DNA from: Octopus vulgaris
Lineage: Eukaryota
Length of the DNA: 64,000 bases
NCBI GenBank assembly: GCA_951406725.2
Contig: OX597830.1
Span: 71,796,001 to 71,860,000, forward strand
Direction: 5' to 3'
Below the pieces are notes generated by a model. It was given only the letters and a program-made list of their open reading frames with translations, searched no databases and was not told the origin of the DNA. Below are positions 25,780-39,728 of the stretch, one piece after another. The stretch's first letter is position 1; every line of letters starts with the position of its first letter. The translations under genes were made by a program, and so were the position numbers.

Positions 25780-26432
25780 CATCTCTTTACTGTCACTCCC
25801 TCTGTATCTCTTTTACTCTCTCTATCTATCTCTGTATCTATCTCACTCTGGCTCTCTGAACGTTATCTTCTTTCTCTGCAATATTTTATCCCGTGTAACT
25901 TCAGACTTTATTTCTGTGTGTTACCCTCTATCTTCCAATATGCTTTTCTCAGTCGGTTCCTCCCTCTCTCTCTCCTTCTCTCACTGTCTCTGTCTCTGTC
26001 TCTCTCTTTCTCTCTCTGTTCTTTTCTCTCTCTCTCTCTATTCTATGCGCTTTCTAGCCTATCCTCATGTTCTATCTCTCTGTATCCTATCGAACTCTGT
26101 GTCCATATTTACTTTCTCCATACCTTTCTGTGTGTCCCTCTCTCCTCTAAATTTATGCCTTACACTCTCTCCCACTTTCTGTCTCTCACAAACATTCTAT
26201 CCTATTCTCAATTTCCTTCTCTCTCTCTCTCTCCTTCTCTCTCTCTCCTTCTCTCTCTCTCTCCTTCTCTCTCTCATCCTTTCCTATCGAACCCTATTTC
26301 TCTCATTTATCATATGCTGTCCTTTCTCACATTCACTATATTTTTGTGTTTATCTCTTCCATCTTATATGACTCTCTCTGTCTATGCTTTAGTTTCTCTC
26401 TCACTCTCTCTGCTCCCCACTCTATCCTTTCC

Positions 26433-26482
<50 letters not shown>
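25780..26482. repeat. CT-rich low-complexity tract
   Basis: Degenerate (CT)n, pyrimidine-biased. Confidence 0.9.
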
Positions 26483-26483
<1 letters not shown>

Positions 26484-26749
26484 GTTTATTAATAAATACT
26501 AACTGAAGTCGAAGAAGTTCAATGAGAAACAGTTTATATTAGCCAATAAAATAAATATGGTGTCGTTACAATATTGCCATGATAATCAAGTTAGAATAAA
26601 ATTCGGAAGTAGTTGGTTATTTCTATTGACATATTATCAAAAGTATGCAGGAAAAGAAAATATATAAACGATGAAATTTTATCTCACAAAAAAGCAAAAC
26701 GTAAAAAAAAAATCCCGTATATATATATATATGTTTTATCTTTTATCTT

Positions 26750-27155
26750 TTGCCTTTTGTTATTTAATTGTTTCAGTCATTTGACTACGGCCAGGCTGCA
26801 GCTCAATCTTGAAGGGTTTAAGTCAAACAAATCGATGCCATGGCAGTTTTAAAAGCCTATTAATTATTCTATCGGTCTCTTTTGCCAAACTGTTAAGTGA
26901 CAGAACAGTAAACACACCAACACCTTTTGTCAAGCGGTGATGAATAGACAAATATAGATACAAAGACACGCGCACATAAATATATACATATAAATATATA
27001 TAAATATACGAGAGTTTTCTTTCCGTTTCCGTCTAGTAAATCCACTCACAAGGCTATATTAGAAGGCCCGAGGCTATAGTAAAAGACAACTGCCTCGCAA
27101 CGGACTGAACCTGGAACAATGCCGTAGGGAAGCGAGTTTCTTACCACACTAACAC
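26750..27155 (-). mobile_element. SINE family A, diverged
   Basis: Reverse-complement similarity. Confidence 0.75.
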
Positions 27156-27249
27156 GCGTATATATGTATGTATATATGTATGTATATATGGGATCTTGTT
27201 ATGCTTTTGCTTTTTTTCAGATTAAATTTTATCGCTCATATATTTTCTT

Positions 27250-27309
<60 letters not shown>

Positions 27310-27430
27310 GAGAGACACAGACAGACAGGGACAGAGTGAGATACATACATGTATATATATATATATACTTACATATATATTTATACATGCATATTTATAC
27401 ATACATATTTATATATATGCACCCGTACAT

Positions 27431-27704
27431 GTTCAGATTAGACGAAGGAGATAGAGATGGATCGGACACACACTGCGGAAAGAACCCTCAAATGTGACAC
27501 GACAAGCACTTGACTGGAACCCCCTGGGGAAAAGAAAGCGAGGACACCCGAAGCAGACATGGAAGCCGAGCATTTTGGACGAGCTCAGGACCACCGTTCT
27601 GACATGGGAAGCAGCCAAGTAACACACCAATGACCGCAAAAAGTAGAAAACAACTGTTAAGGCCCTATGCTCCACAAGGGGCAAGAAGTATTAAGAAGAA
27701 GAAG
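27431..27704 (+). mobile_element. 5'-truncated RTE-clade LINE with TSD
   Basis: RWIGHTLRKEPSNVTRQALDWNPLGKRKRGHPKQTW; (AAG)n tail; TSD ACCCGTACAT at 27421-27430 and 27705-27714. Confidence 0.9.
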
Positions 27705-27884
27705 ACCCGTACATACGTATTTATATATCTATGTGTGTATCTGTGTGTGTGTACACACAGACATGGCAGTAGTAAATAAGCAATTCATAAGACATTGTTT
27801 TGTGTTTATTTTAATTTGGAAAGGTTCATATTTTTAATTAATGGACATTTTTATGTTTCAGTTTCTATATGTGACATTTTAATC

Positions 27885-28350
27885 ATGCCATGTACAAAAG
27901 AAGCCTTGGAATAATCCAAATTTAAAAGCGGCCGTATTGTGAGTCAATCTGAAGGTGTACTTAGCGCTAAATCGCAGAAAGCCTTGGGATCTCGCTTTCT
28001 ACAGTTAATATGGTGATTGTGCAATTCACCAGAAAGGGGAAGGAGTCCACTTCACTTTGCCCAAGTTGACATTGGCCTTCTCACAGGACCCTTTGCTTTG
28101 TTAAGTGAAGTGTGGAGGAGAATCCTTATCGCAAGGCCTCTGACATAACAGAACAAGTTAATGTCAGTTCAAGAACAGCTGTCAGGTATTTCCACAAACT
28201 TGGCGACAATGGCAGAGCTGCAAGAAGGAACCAACTTCTTTAGCCAACCAATATCAAGCGAAGAAAATATTGGGTCAGTGAGATGATGATGTGGACGCTA
28301 GCAATTTGGGACGCTATCATATTCTCTGATGAGTCAAGATTTGCTGTATG
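27885..28350 (+). pseudogene. Tc1-like transposase N-terminal remnant
   Basis: GRIV...IAESLGISLSTV...VSSRTAVRYFHKLG..GRAARR...WDAIIFSDESRF with stops and a frameshift. Confidence 0.85.
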
Positions 28351-28450
28351 TACATCGTATTAGTATTGATAGTAAGCCTTCAATAACTAAATTATGCTAA
28401 ACCGCGACCAGTCTTTAGGTCCTTACAAATAATAATCCCACCAGCCTTCC

Positions 28451-28595
28451 ACGAGGGAGAGCTGAATATTTTCTGACTTTGAGCTAAAGAAAATACATGA
28501 TTTTATTCAACATATTCACCATATTCCTCTCTCAGATTTACACGCTTATTGTAGCGGCCCTTGAATTTTTGTAACCTCTGTAAAAGAACTCGGAA
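28451..28595 (-). mobile_element. mariner-derived MITE fragment
   Basis: Reverse-complement homolog of 58007-58218. Confidence 0.7.
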
Positions 28596-28738
28596 CTAGG
28601 GTCGGTGTAATCGATTTATCCCCTCCGACAGTATTGCTGCTCTTGTACTAAAAGTTGAAATCAATATTTTCGAACCTACTATATTATATACGTGAGAGCC
28701 TACCATTTACTTGTTTAGAATACAGAAGGCTCCCTGCC

Positions 28739-28833
<95 letters not shown>

Positions 28834-29804
28834 TATATTGCCTTGTGACATTTAGTTACGTCTCTTTGTGTTCAGAATTTAAAACCTCGTTAAAGTCATC
28901 TTTACCTTTCATCGTCCTAGGGTCGATAAAATAATGTTGGTGGCAAAGGTCAAGTACTAGGGTCACTGTAATCGACTCTTCTCCACCCATCTAAAAAATT
29001 TTGTGTCCTTCGTCCAGTATAGAATTCATTATATTTCGTGTTCACCAAAGATTTGTTTACAAGTTGTGGCAGGAATGACGAGATGGAAATTCTCATTAAA
29101 GTCGCTAACTTGTAATGGCAGGCGTTGATATCGAAGTGATATCGTGATGTTACATCGAGTAAACCCCTCAAACAAGAAGACAATTATCTAAGTTGACCGT
29201 CTCGGTATTTATCAGGCTTGAATAAACGGGTTCTGTTTGAACGTGCCCTGTTCCCCCAAAAAGATAAATACATAAATAAAATCATGACAAGAAAAGTGAA
29301 AGAAATACTAATATAAAACTAAAAAGGATGTGTGTTTTTATTGCGTTGCAAGGTGATATGAGGAGAAGTTGTTGAAAAGACTAGCATCACGTCAGCTGTT
29401 GACGAGTAATCGCAATGTTGTTCTCTTTATATCCTGGTATTGATTACTGAAGTTTTTCATAGATATAAAAATTGTCACACTTTTCTATGTAACAAACAGT
29501 TACGATTGAAATAGCTGTTACAGTTCTACATTTACTGAAAAAAGTAAACAAATAAATGAATGAAATAAAATAAAATAAACTTACAAAATCAAGAAAAAAA
29601 AAAGAAAAAGATTTCAAGCAAAAAAAAAATGGTATTTTTCGAAAAACGCAAGGATGGTTGTGTAGTAAGATGTTTGCTGCTGAACCTTATGGTTCAGCGT
29701 TCACCCCCAACTGTGGGATAATTTTGGGCGAGTGTCTTCTAATATTCCTCCGGGCCAACCAAAGCATTATAAATGGATTTCGTAGACAGAAATTGAAAAA
29801 CCGT

Positions 29805-29856
<52 letters not shown>

Positions 29857-30083
29857 CAACCGTAACATAAGGGTCTGCCAATACAAATTAATAAATAATT
29901 TTCAGACTTTTAAATAATAAGTCCTTTAGACGATTTGTCCCATTAAGCCCGTAAAAGTGGTGCCCCAACTATTGAAATCAATGACATTGCAAAGTTTCCC
30001 ATTGATTTCTTCTGCAGAAAAAGAAAGCACAGTTAAGAACAAATACTAAAATTTAAGGTGTTGATCCAACAGCAACAACAACA

Positions 30084-30455
30084 GTGTGTGGTAAGAAGCT
30101 TGATTCCCAAACCTCATCGTTCCGGGTTCAGTAGCACCTTGGTCAAATGTCTTTTACTTTAGCCTCAGGCCGACCAAAGCCTTGTGAGTGAATTTGGTAG
30201 ATGGAAACTGAAAGAAGCCCGTCCTATATATATTTATATATTTATGTGTTTGTGTTTGTCCTCCCGCCCTCGCTTGACAGTCGATATTGGTGTGTTTAGG
30301 TCCCCGTAACTTAGAGGTTCGACAAAAGAGACCGATAGAATAAGTATTAGGCTTACAAAGAATAAATCCTGGAGTCGATTTCTTCGATTAACACCCTTTT
30401 AAGGTGGTGCTCCAGCATGGCTGCAATCGAATGACTGAAACAAATAAAAGAATAA
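30084..30455 (+). mobile_element. SINE family A
   Basis: Match to family A along its length. Confidence 0.85.
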
Positions 30456-30499
30456 AAAATATAAAGTAAAATAAATGATAGTGATAATGATAATTGATC

Positions 30500-30740
30500 T
30501 CAAAATCGGCAAGGGAGAGAACTCTGGTAACTAGCTAAGTATAATATCATACTATCTCTCCTTGTATTACTCCCACGAGCAGATATTCTAGAATCTGGAG
30601 TAGACAAAACGGAATGCACCTCACAGCATGATAGATGATAGTTGTCAGCATAACATATAAGCCTCAGTACGGTGTTTTGTTCTGACAGAAATAGCACTTA
30701 GAAATACATGAAACACCAGGGTTGGAAGAACTCATCTAAT
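30500..30740 (-). pseudogene. Possible degraded LINE reverse-transcriptase fragment
   Basis: VLPTLVFHVFLSAI then, after a frameshift, LICYADN (YADD-like). Confidence 0.35.
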
Positions 30741-31509
30741 AATGAAACCAGGAATAAATAAGTAGAGTTCACAGATGAAATGCATTTAGTCATAGTTATA
30801 CGCGATCAGGGTTGGATGACCTGAGGCCAAACAAATGCTGCAACACAAGGACAACGACGAAGCCACTAATTTGTTGTTTTAGAAATGGCACGACGTTCCC
30901 TCAAATTACAGTATTGCATCTTACAGCTCTAAGATGCAACACTGTAGACAGTGTGATTCAAGGTAGACTATACCTCAAGAAACAAATCGAAATTATTGGA
31001 TTAGAATACTTTCTTTCATCATAAATTTGCTAAAGTAAAACCGACATTGGGTTAGTCAATGATAAACCATGCCATAGATATGCATTCTTAATACGTTCTT
31101 CAAAATTCGAACGTGAATATGCTAAACGTTGTGATATTTCGTATTCAGGGAAGAACTTCTCTCAGTTAATGTATGTTCACAGTACACTCGATTTATTGAG
31201 GTAAAGGAACTAAGAGAAACCCCAATGTTTCGACATCGTTGCGTCTCTTCAGTTCAAGAAATCTTCGGATCAATAAATCTAAACAAGGATTGTGGCTCTT
31301 GTTTTCCGAAGTCAGCAAACAAATTACTTATAGATACGTGCTGATGTCTGCCAAACACATAGTAAATCTAGTATAGAGTTCAAACAAGGACGCACATGGT
31401 CGATTTTAATTCAAATGTATTTATGTTAATTGCTTTATATTTAGTCTTTGGAGAACAACTTCTCTTTACAGATTTATGTTCACAACATACGCGATTTACT
31501 TAAATATTG

Positions 31510-31942
31510 GCTCAAGGCGAGCAAGAGGGGGAAGAGAAAGTTCCTTACATCGATGCCAGTACTCAACTGGTACTTATTCTATCCAGGCCGAATGGAGTAC
31601 AGGCAAAGTCAAACCCGGAGGAATTTGAACTCAGAACGTAAAGACGGACAAAAAAGCTGCAAAACAGTTCGCACGCCGTAAACGTGGTTTTGCCACCTTA
31701 CAGAAACTCCTCACCAAAATATTAAAAATTCTTTCTATAATAGGCACAAGGCCTGGAATTTGGGGGAGGAGGATGGTGGATTACATCGACATCAGTAAAC
31801 AACTGGTACTTATTTCATTGACTCCGAAAGGATGAAAGCTAAAGTCGACCTCGGCGGAATCTGAAATCAGAACGTAAAGGCGGACGAAATGCCGCAAAGC
31901 AGTTCGCCCGCCATGCTGACGATTCTGTCAGCTCCCCGCCTT
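31510..31942 (-). mobile_element. Two adjacent SINE family B copies (older subfamily)
   Basis: aactggtacttatt...ggaatttgaactcagaacgtaaag repeated at ~31565 and ~31800. Confidence 0.8.
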
Positions 31943-31959
31943 TGCTCACCGAAACATTA

Positions 31960-31994
<35 letters not shown>

Positions 31995-32381
31995 GTAAAG
32001 AACAAGAACAACAACGGCAACATAGTCTTCAGTGTTTGCTCAAGGATATTTTCGCGAACAAGTCAAACAGTTCAGCAAATTTGGAATTGGTACATTACGA
32101 ATGAATAAATAAATACAAAACACAAAACACAAAACAAAAAATATAACAACGAAAAAGAAGTAAGAATGGCAGTTGGGTGGTTCAACGCTGGAGACAAGTT
32201 CATAAATTATCACTTGCTGCTTTTAATGATGGTTTTTATGCCAAATGTCTTGGGTTATCATAGAGTCACGTCTGCTCCTACAGTATTATCTTTCTAATTG
32301 CGCTGACAGAAATTAAAGGCTATAAGCGACGTAGGACTTTGGTTACTGCTCTTGTAAGTAGCAGTTGTGTAGGGAAATGCG

Positions 32382-32382
<1 letters not shown>

Positions 32383-32450
<68 letters not shown>
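32383..32450. repeat. (GATA)n microsatellite
   Basis: Directly visible. Confidence 0.95.
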
Positions 32451-32451
<1 letters not shown>

Positions 32452-32577
32452 GTTAAGAGAGAGACAGGCAGATTGAGAGTGGGTGTAGGGTGACAGACGT
32501 TGTGGGAGAGACGGGCAGACAGAGAGAGCGTGTTGGGAAAAAGACGGAGAGAGAGACAGAGTGAGGGAAGGGCGGGA

Positions 32578-32620
<43 letters not shown>

Positions 32621-33100
32621 CAGGGAGGTTAGGAGAAATTCAGAGTGAGTCTGTGTTTGTGTTTGTACGATGGAAGAATTTTAAAGAAACCACACCGGAC
32701 GAAATATACTTCAGTTTTGGCCTCCTGAAAATATTTAACGGAACAGTTATGTTTCTTCTTTTTCCTATCTAACTGTAGCACGATTCACTCCATTTAGAGG
32801 GCTGGTTTTAACTATGCTTTATGCTGGTGGAAAGGACATCCTCGTGCCCTCTTCCCCGTGGTGAATTTGACAGAGAAATATCTTTTATTCAGAGAGATAG
32901 ATATATAGATATAATTTAAATCCATGAGTACGTACGCATACATACACGAATGTTTGTGTGTGCGTGCGTGAATTTGTATATGTTCGAATGAAGTATGGTG
33001 ATATTGCTATTAAGACTGTTTAAAGTCCGTTTCTGTTATTTCAAAACCGCATTGTTTAATCATTCAGATAGTTATACATGCGTATACACACACACACGCA

Positions 33101-33139
<39 letters not shown>

Positions 33140-33238
33140 ACACACACATTTGTATGTATGCAAGTACATGTATGTATGTATATATGTGTATGTATGTAAA
33201 TAACTTTCTACCTACCTACCTACCTACCTACCTACCTT

Positions 33239-33370
<132 letters not shown>

Positions 33371-33382
33371 ACCATCTATCAT

Positions 33383-33793
33383 AGGCGCAGGAGTGCCTAT
33401 GTGGTAAGTAGCTTGCTGACAAACCACATGGTTCCAGTTTCAGTCCTACTGCGTGGCACCTTGGGCAAGTGACTTCTACTATAGCCTCAGGCCGACCAAA
33501 CTCTTGTGAGTGGATTTGGTAGACGAAACTGAAAGAAACCCGTCGTATATATATGTGTGCGTGTGTGTGTGTGTGTGTGTGTGCGTGTGTATGAGTGTGT
33601 GTTTGTGTGTGTGTGTGTGTGTGTCCCAACATCGCTTGACGTCACCGTAACTTGGCGAATCGTATAAGAGACCGATAGAATAAGTACTAGGCTTCCAAAG
33701 AATAAGTCCTGGGGTCGATTTGCTCGACTAAACGCGGTGCCCCAGCATGGCCGCAGTCAAAATGACTGAAACGAATAAAAGAATAAAACGAAT
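33383..33793 (+). mobile_element. SINE family A inserted in a (TATC)n array
   Basis: Full-length match; TATC arrays at ~33240-33380 and ~33793-33900. Confidence 0.9.
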
Positions 33794-33800
33794 ATCTATC

Positions 33801-33888
<88 letters not shown>

Positions 33889-34961
33889 GCTAGCTAGCTA
33901 TCTGATGCAAGATTTATTCATTTGCTCGTGTTGGATTATATCCACATACTTTCGTTTTCTTTCAACACACAAGTCTAACGCAGTACGGTGTGAAAATAAA
34001 ATGAAAATGCATGTAGAATATATATTTACATCGCTGGAATCTTTTTCAGTGAAATATTTTCTCTGAAAACATGGTAATAAACAAATAAAACATTAATTAA
34101 GTAATACCTATAAAACCTCCGACTACTCAGCGCTCTGCATGATCATTATTATTTTTTATTTTTTGCTAAATTTGACTATATTTTCCATTTTTGTAATACA
34201 AAAGAATATATTGTATGGAAAATGGTTTTCTCATGATTTTTACATTGTAAAGTCTATTACATATAAATATCTGCAACTTAGAATACATGTAAATTCCGAT
34301 ATTTTAACTCAATTTAATATTGTTTTCTGTGTATTTACATAACGTAAACATATCATCCGTCATTTTTTGACAATATAGACACACTAATTTTAGAAATAAT
34401 TTTAGATATATTTCACACTCGGTTATCACTGTAGCTGTCTCTATTTTTTTTCCTGTTTGTAATGGCCGAGGTGTATTTTTAACGCTACATATCTGTAACT
34501 AGTTTTGCCTATGTTGTAGTTATGACACTTTATTCGCGTTATTGCTCAAAACTGCAAAGTGAGGTCTCTTAATTAGATTCTACTGTTCATTTGCATACAG
34601 TGTGTGTGTATTTGTTTGAGAAATGCATAGAGAGGGCGACACACGCACACATTAACACACACACACACAAACATATACACACACACATATAATATCTATA
34701 AAATTGAAGTTTTCTCTCTGTGCGTGTGTGTGTATACAAAAACATAATTACCTCAATAACTTCTACATCTTGCAGAAGTACGTCATTTATTTACACCGGA
34801 AGAAGGAATGATACAATTTAGCTCGACGAGATTTGAGCCTGTAACTTAAAAAGCCGAATAACATACCGCAAGTCATTTTGTCCGATGCTCCAGTAACGGC
34901 TCTTCCATTCCGCTGACCTAGAGTAAGTGCTTTTGACTGACGTACATCGTAGCAAATACCC

Positions 34962-35350
34962 TTTCGACCTTTATTCTCTAGAAAAACGACAGCGCCGTGG
35001 TGACCTCATTGTTGCTCACAACATCATAAGCGGAAAGTGTATCCTCTCGAAAGAGCTGTTCTTCACTCCTGCTCCAGAGCGTCGGCTGCGGGATCACTCC
35101 GAAAAGCTCTGTCTGTGACGATTTCATCTCAATCGCAGGAGAGGGGCTTTCTCCGTCCGGGTTGCGGATCCGTGGAATAAGCTGCCGGACGAGATAGTGA
35201 AGATGCCGACGACCGCTCGGTTCAGAGTCTCTCTTGACCAGAAATGGCCTGAACTCTTTGCATGAACACCCTCCCTGTACATAACTCCATGTTCCCCTAC
35301 ATGGCCTTGCTTTTTGCTTTTTGAGCCAAAAAATTAACTTAACTTAACTT
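34962..35350 (+). mobile_element. 5'-truncated CR1-clade LINE
   Basis: LYSLEKRQRRGDLI...RRRGAFSVRVADPWNKLPDEIV...FRVSLD; (AACTT)n tail. Confidence 0.88.
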
Positions 35351-35701
35351 TTCGTTGGATGCTACAGAATTGCTGAATAATGTATCCGACAAATTTTCAG
35401 TGTCATACAGTCTCCATCCACGCCCGATCGCTGCCATTTTAGATTCGGCTTGTGCTAATGGAGGAAACTCCTCAGCAGCTTACATAACATCTGCTTCTAT
35501 TGCTTGTAATATTGAGAGAGAAGTGATCCGAGCCAACAATCCCTACGTGATTTACTTATTCCTGAGACTGTGATACACTGCCACCAGCCTGTTCGCAGAC
35601 TGGTGCAGACAAGTGCCGACAACTTTGATTGCCTCTTTTCCTGATTCGACTCATTGAAAGCGACATGAAAGCCGGTGTGTAGTCGCATTTCGATCAATAT
35701 A

Positions 35702-35934
35702 TATTTCTTTACTGCCCAGAAGGGGCTAAACATAGAAGGGACAAACAAGGACAGACGAAGGGATTGAGTCGATTATATCGACCCCAGTGCGAAACTGGTA
35801 CTTTATTTATCGACCCCGAAAGAATGAAAGGCAAAGTTGACCTCGGCGGAATTTGAACTCAGAACGTAACGACAGACGAAATACCGCTAAGCATTTCGCC
35901 CGGCGCGCCAACGTGTCTGCCAGCTCGCCGCCTT
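35702..35934 (-). mobile_element. SINE family B (Meta-domain-like), monomer with TSD
   Basis: tRNA-like head, gcctttcattctttcggggtcgataaa core; TSD ATCAATATA at 35693-35701 and 35935-35943. Confidence 0.9.
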
Positions 35935-36376
35935 ATCAATATAGTATATAAGTTACTACAAATAGGTTAACGTTCCATGTACTTTCCAGCCTCTATGAGA
36001 AGACTATATACAAAGCTCCATACAAAGTTTGAAAAATAAAGGAGATATCACCTTTATACTCGCTCCACCCTGAACAGACACAGCGGGCAAGTAGGTACTG
36101 TTATTTGTGACAAATTTCAGCGGGTCATATTCATTGAATCAGCGATGTTGATTCTTTTGATTTTGACGGCAGTGTTAGGGGAAGGGCGTTAATCGGGGGG
36201 GGGGGGCATTGAGCTACCACTTCCCTGGTACTTTATCGCAAACTAAGGGATGAAAAGCCAAGCTGATATCAGCGGAATTTGAACTCAGAATGCAAAGAAA
36301 AACGAAACTCCACGAAGCATTTTGCTCGGCGTGCTAACGATTCTGCTAATCCACTGCCCCAATAATAATAATAATG

Positions 36377-36431
<55 letters not shown>

Positions 36432-36440
36432 TAATAATAA

Positions 36441-36555
36441 GTTGTGATGCATGTGCCTGGTGTACCCTTATCAGAGGGGTAGTCATGATGGGTATACTGG
36501 GCTTCGTACATTTTACTCCTGTGTCACTTTGATGACATGCACTGCTCTCTCACTC
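36441..36555 (+). mobile_element. Short element embedded in (AAT)n, possibly Dong-dependent
   Basis: ~115-bp complex sequence between AAT arrays 36361-36440 and 36556-36800. Confidence 0.5.
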
Positions 36556-36801
<246 letters not shown>

Positions 36802-37717
36802 TCGAGCATGACTGAAGTTGACTGCGTAGAATGCGCCAAGAGAATGGGGCAATAGCTTGAAAGTGAAACAGAATTAAAGAATAGTGAATATTTTATATAT
36901 ATTGCCACCATGGCGACGAATAAAAACCGCGATGACTGAAATGGAAGCTGTGATAGTTACAACAAACCAAAGAACTAAAGAACATATCTTTGTAGATTTA
37001 TGTAAGTGTACATATATATATATATATACGAGTGTGTGAGATAATGCTAGTAAATGTGTGTGTGTGTGCGTATGTGTTTCTTCGTCAGAAGAACAATGTA
37101 CGTAAATCATGTTTATATGCCTGGCAATGCTTTCATGGAAGAAACCATAAAAATGACAATCAAAGAAGATTTGGAATACTTTCTTCCGAACGGTGTGTTG
37201 AGATGTATTCACTGTTGAGTATTGTTACATTTTCGCTTGATATTTATATATATATATTTATTCATATTTATTTGGTCTTTTTTTTTACTATTATCTTTTC
37301 AGAAAGAAAAAGGACAGACGAAAACGAAAATGCTAGCTTCTGAATATTACCATGACAAAATATACTATGGGAACCTTCTGCATGAAAAATATATAGTAAA
37401 GTGCAATCTACCAAACTTGAGGTTGCGAACTCTGCATAATTTTTGATCGAAAGAAATCTTAAAGGGAATAAGGAGAAAAAAATTTAGCGTTAATGAAATT
37501 ATGTTAGAGTAAAGAAAAATTCAGGGATTTTTTATTTATTTTTGCAGACGTGGTGCAAGCGTGGCTGTGTAGTAAGAAGCTTGCTTCCTAACTACAGGGG
37601 TCCGCGTTCAATCCCATTGCATGGCAGTTTGGGCATGTGTCTCCTTTTAGTCTCGGCTCGACGAAAATATTTTGCGTGGATTTAGTATACAGAAACTGAA
37701 AGAAAGCTGGCTGAAAT

Positions 37718-38310
37718 AAGGCTGGCGAGCTGGCAGAATCATTAGCACGCCGGCCGGAATGCTTAGCGGTATTTTGGCTGCCGCTACGTTCTGAGTTCAA
37801 AATTCCGCCGAGGTCGACTTGGCCTTTCAACCTTTCGGGGTCGATTAAATAAGTACCAGTTACACACTGGGGTCGATATAATCAACTTAATCCGTTTGTC
37901 TGTCCTTGTTTGTCCTCTCTGTGTTTAGCCCCTTGTGGGTAGTAAAGAAATAGGTATTTCGTCCGTCTTTACGTTCTGAGTTCAAATTCCGCCGAGGTCG
38001 ACTTGGCCTTTCATCCTTTCGGGGTCGATAAATTAAGTATCAGTTGCACACTGGGGTCGATATAATCGACTTAATCTGTTTGTCTGTCCTTGCTTGTCCC
38101 TTCTGTGTTTAGCCCCTCGCGGGTAGTAAAGAAATAGGTATTTCATCAGTCTTTACGTCTTTACATTCTGAGTTCAAATTCCGCAAAGATCGGTTTTGCT
38201 TTTCATCCTTTCCGTGTTGAATAAATAAGTACTAGTTGAGCACTGTGATCGACGTAATCAACTTACCCCTTCACCCGAAATTGCTGCCCTTCTACCAAAA
38301 TTTGAAACCA
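37718..38310 (+). mobile_element. SINE family B trimer
   Basis: Units joined at gaaata|ggtatttc (37952/3 and 38136/7); the last unit has the older-subfamily tail. Confidence 0.88.
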
Positions 38311-39622
38311 TTACAATAAAGTACCAATCAAGTAAAAGGGTCGATGGTATCGATGACTTCCCCTCCCTACAAAAACTATTGGTCTTCGACCTAAATCAGA
38401 AACAGTTATTATTTTTGCTGTTGTTGTTATTGTTAAGATGAAAGCTGGCAAAATGGTTAGCCGGACTAAATTTTTTTGCAGCATTTCTTCGGGTTTTACG
38501 TTCTGAGTTCAGATTCCACCACGGTCGATTTCGTTCGTCTTTCATCCATTCGTTGTCGATAAAATAAGCAGCAGTTGAGCATTAAATCAACTCAACTCCT
38601 CGCAAAATTTCAGTCTCGCGCCTATTGTAGAAAGTGTTATCGTTTTTGTGGTTGTTATTACTATTTCCTAACATCAACTATTTATATTTTCTCTGCTTCT
38701 GTTCAACCAGAAAGCAATCACAAAAACATAACGTGTATAGAACAGAAAGAACTTATACAACAAAACACATAGAAACAAATACCCTGGTATTTTTATTCTT
38801 TATCATGTGTGTCTTTCTATATTTTCTTTAATTTCTAACTCCCTATGTTATATCAACCCTGTTTCTTTTGTGTGCTTGTGCCTGTGTGTGTGTGTATGCT
38901 CCTTGCTTTACTTTATTGCACAAGAATTTTTCGGTAGAGTTGGAGGCGTGTGAAGAATGGATCAGGCTTCTCTTTACTGCCGGTTCTTAGAAGACAGTCT
39001 TCTAAAAAGCATTCCATGTTGCTTGATGTTTTGGAGCCAGTCGTTCATCTTATATAGTCTGATATATTTCCGGTCCTTACTTTGGATAAAAGTATGTTTT
39101 GTTAGAAGATTGTATATTGTCTAAATAGATTTACGCAGATCAGTTACTGGAGCGATATTTACATGATATGAAATGGTGTAACTAACTTGATACCTCTCAG
39201 TGTGTAACTGATATCTATTGACCCGCAAGAAAAAGCCGCTCAAATCTCACCCTATCATCTTAAATAGAAAAATATAAGATATTGGATAATGCATATTTTT
39301 TTATTGCTCTATTCTTTTAATTTCCGTCGAGAAAATCTACTCACGAGGCATTACTCGGCCCCGAGTCTATAGCAGAAGACACTTGCCCAAGATGCCACAC
39401 AGTGGGACTGAACCCAGAACCATGTGGTTGGAGAGCAAGATTCTTAACACGCAGACACACCTGTGTCCACATTTATACATGTCCAAGTATTTAGTACGAA
39501 AACGGATGTGCTGATGACTCCTACAAAGGCAGAAAGACATGTCCATACACAAGCGCACGCATATATGTATGTATACATCTATGTCTATGTATCTATGTAT
39601 TTGTCATCTCTCTCTCCCCCTT

Positions 39623-39728
<106 letters not shown>

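Noticed and set aside
35355-35690. Complex, coding-looking sequence after the CR1 tail
   Set aside because: Stops interrupt the plausible frames and no recognisable motif or splice pair was seen
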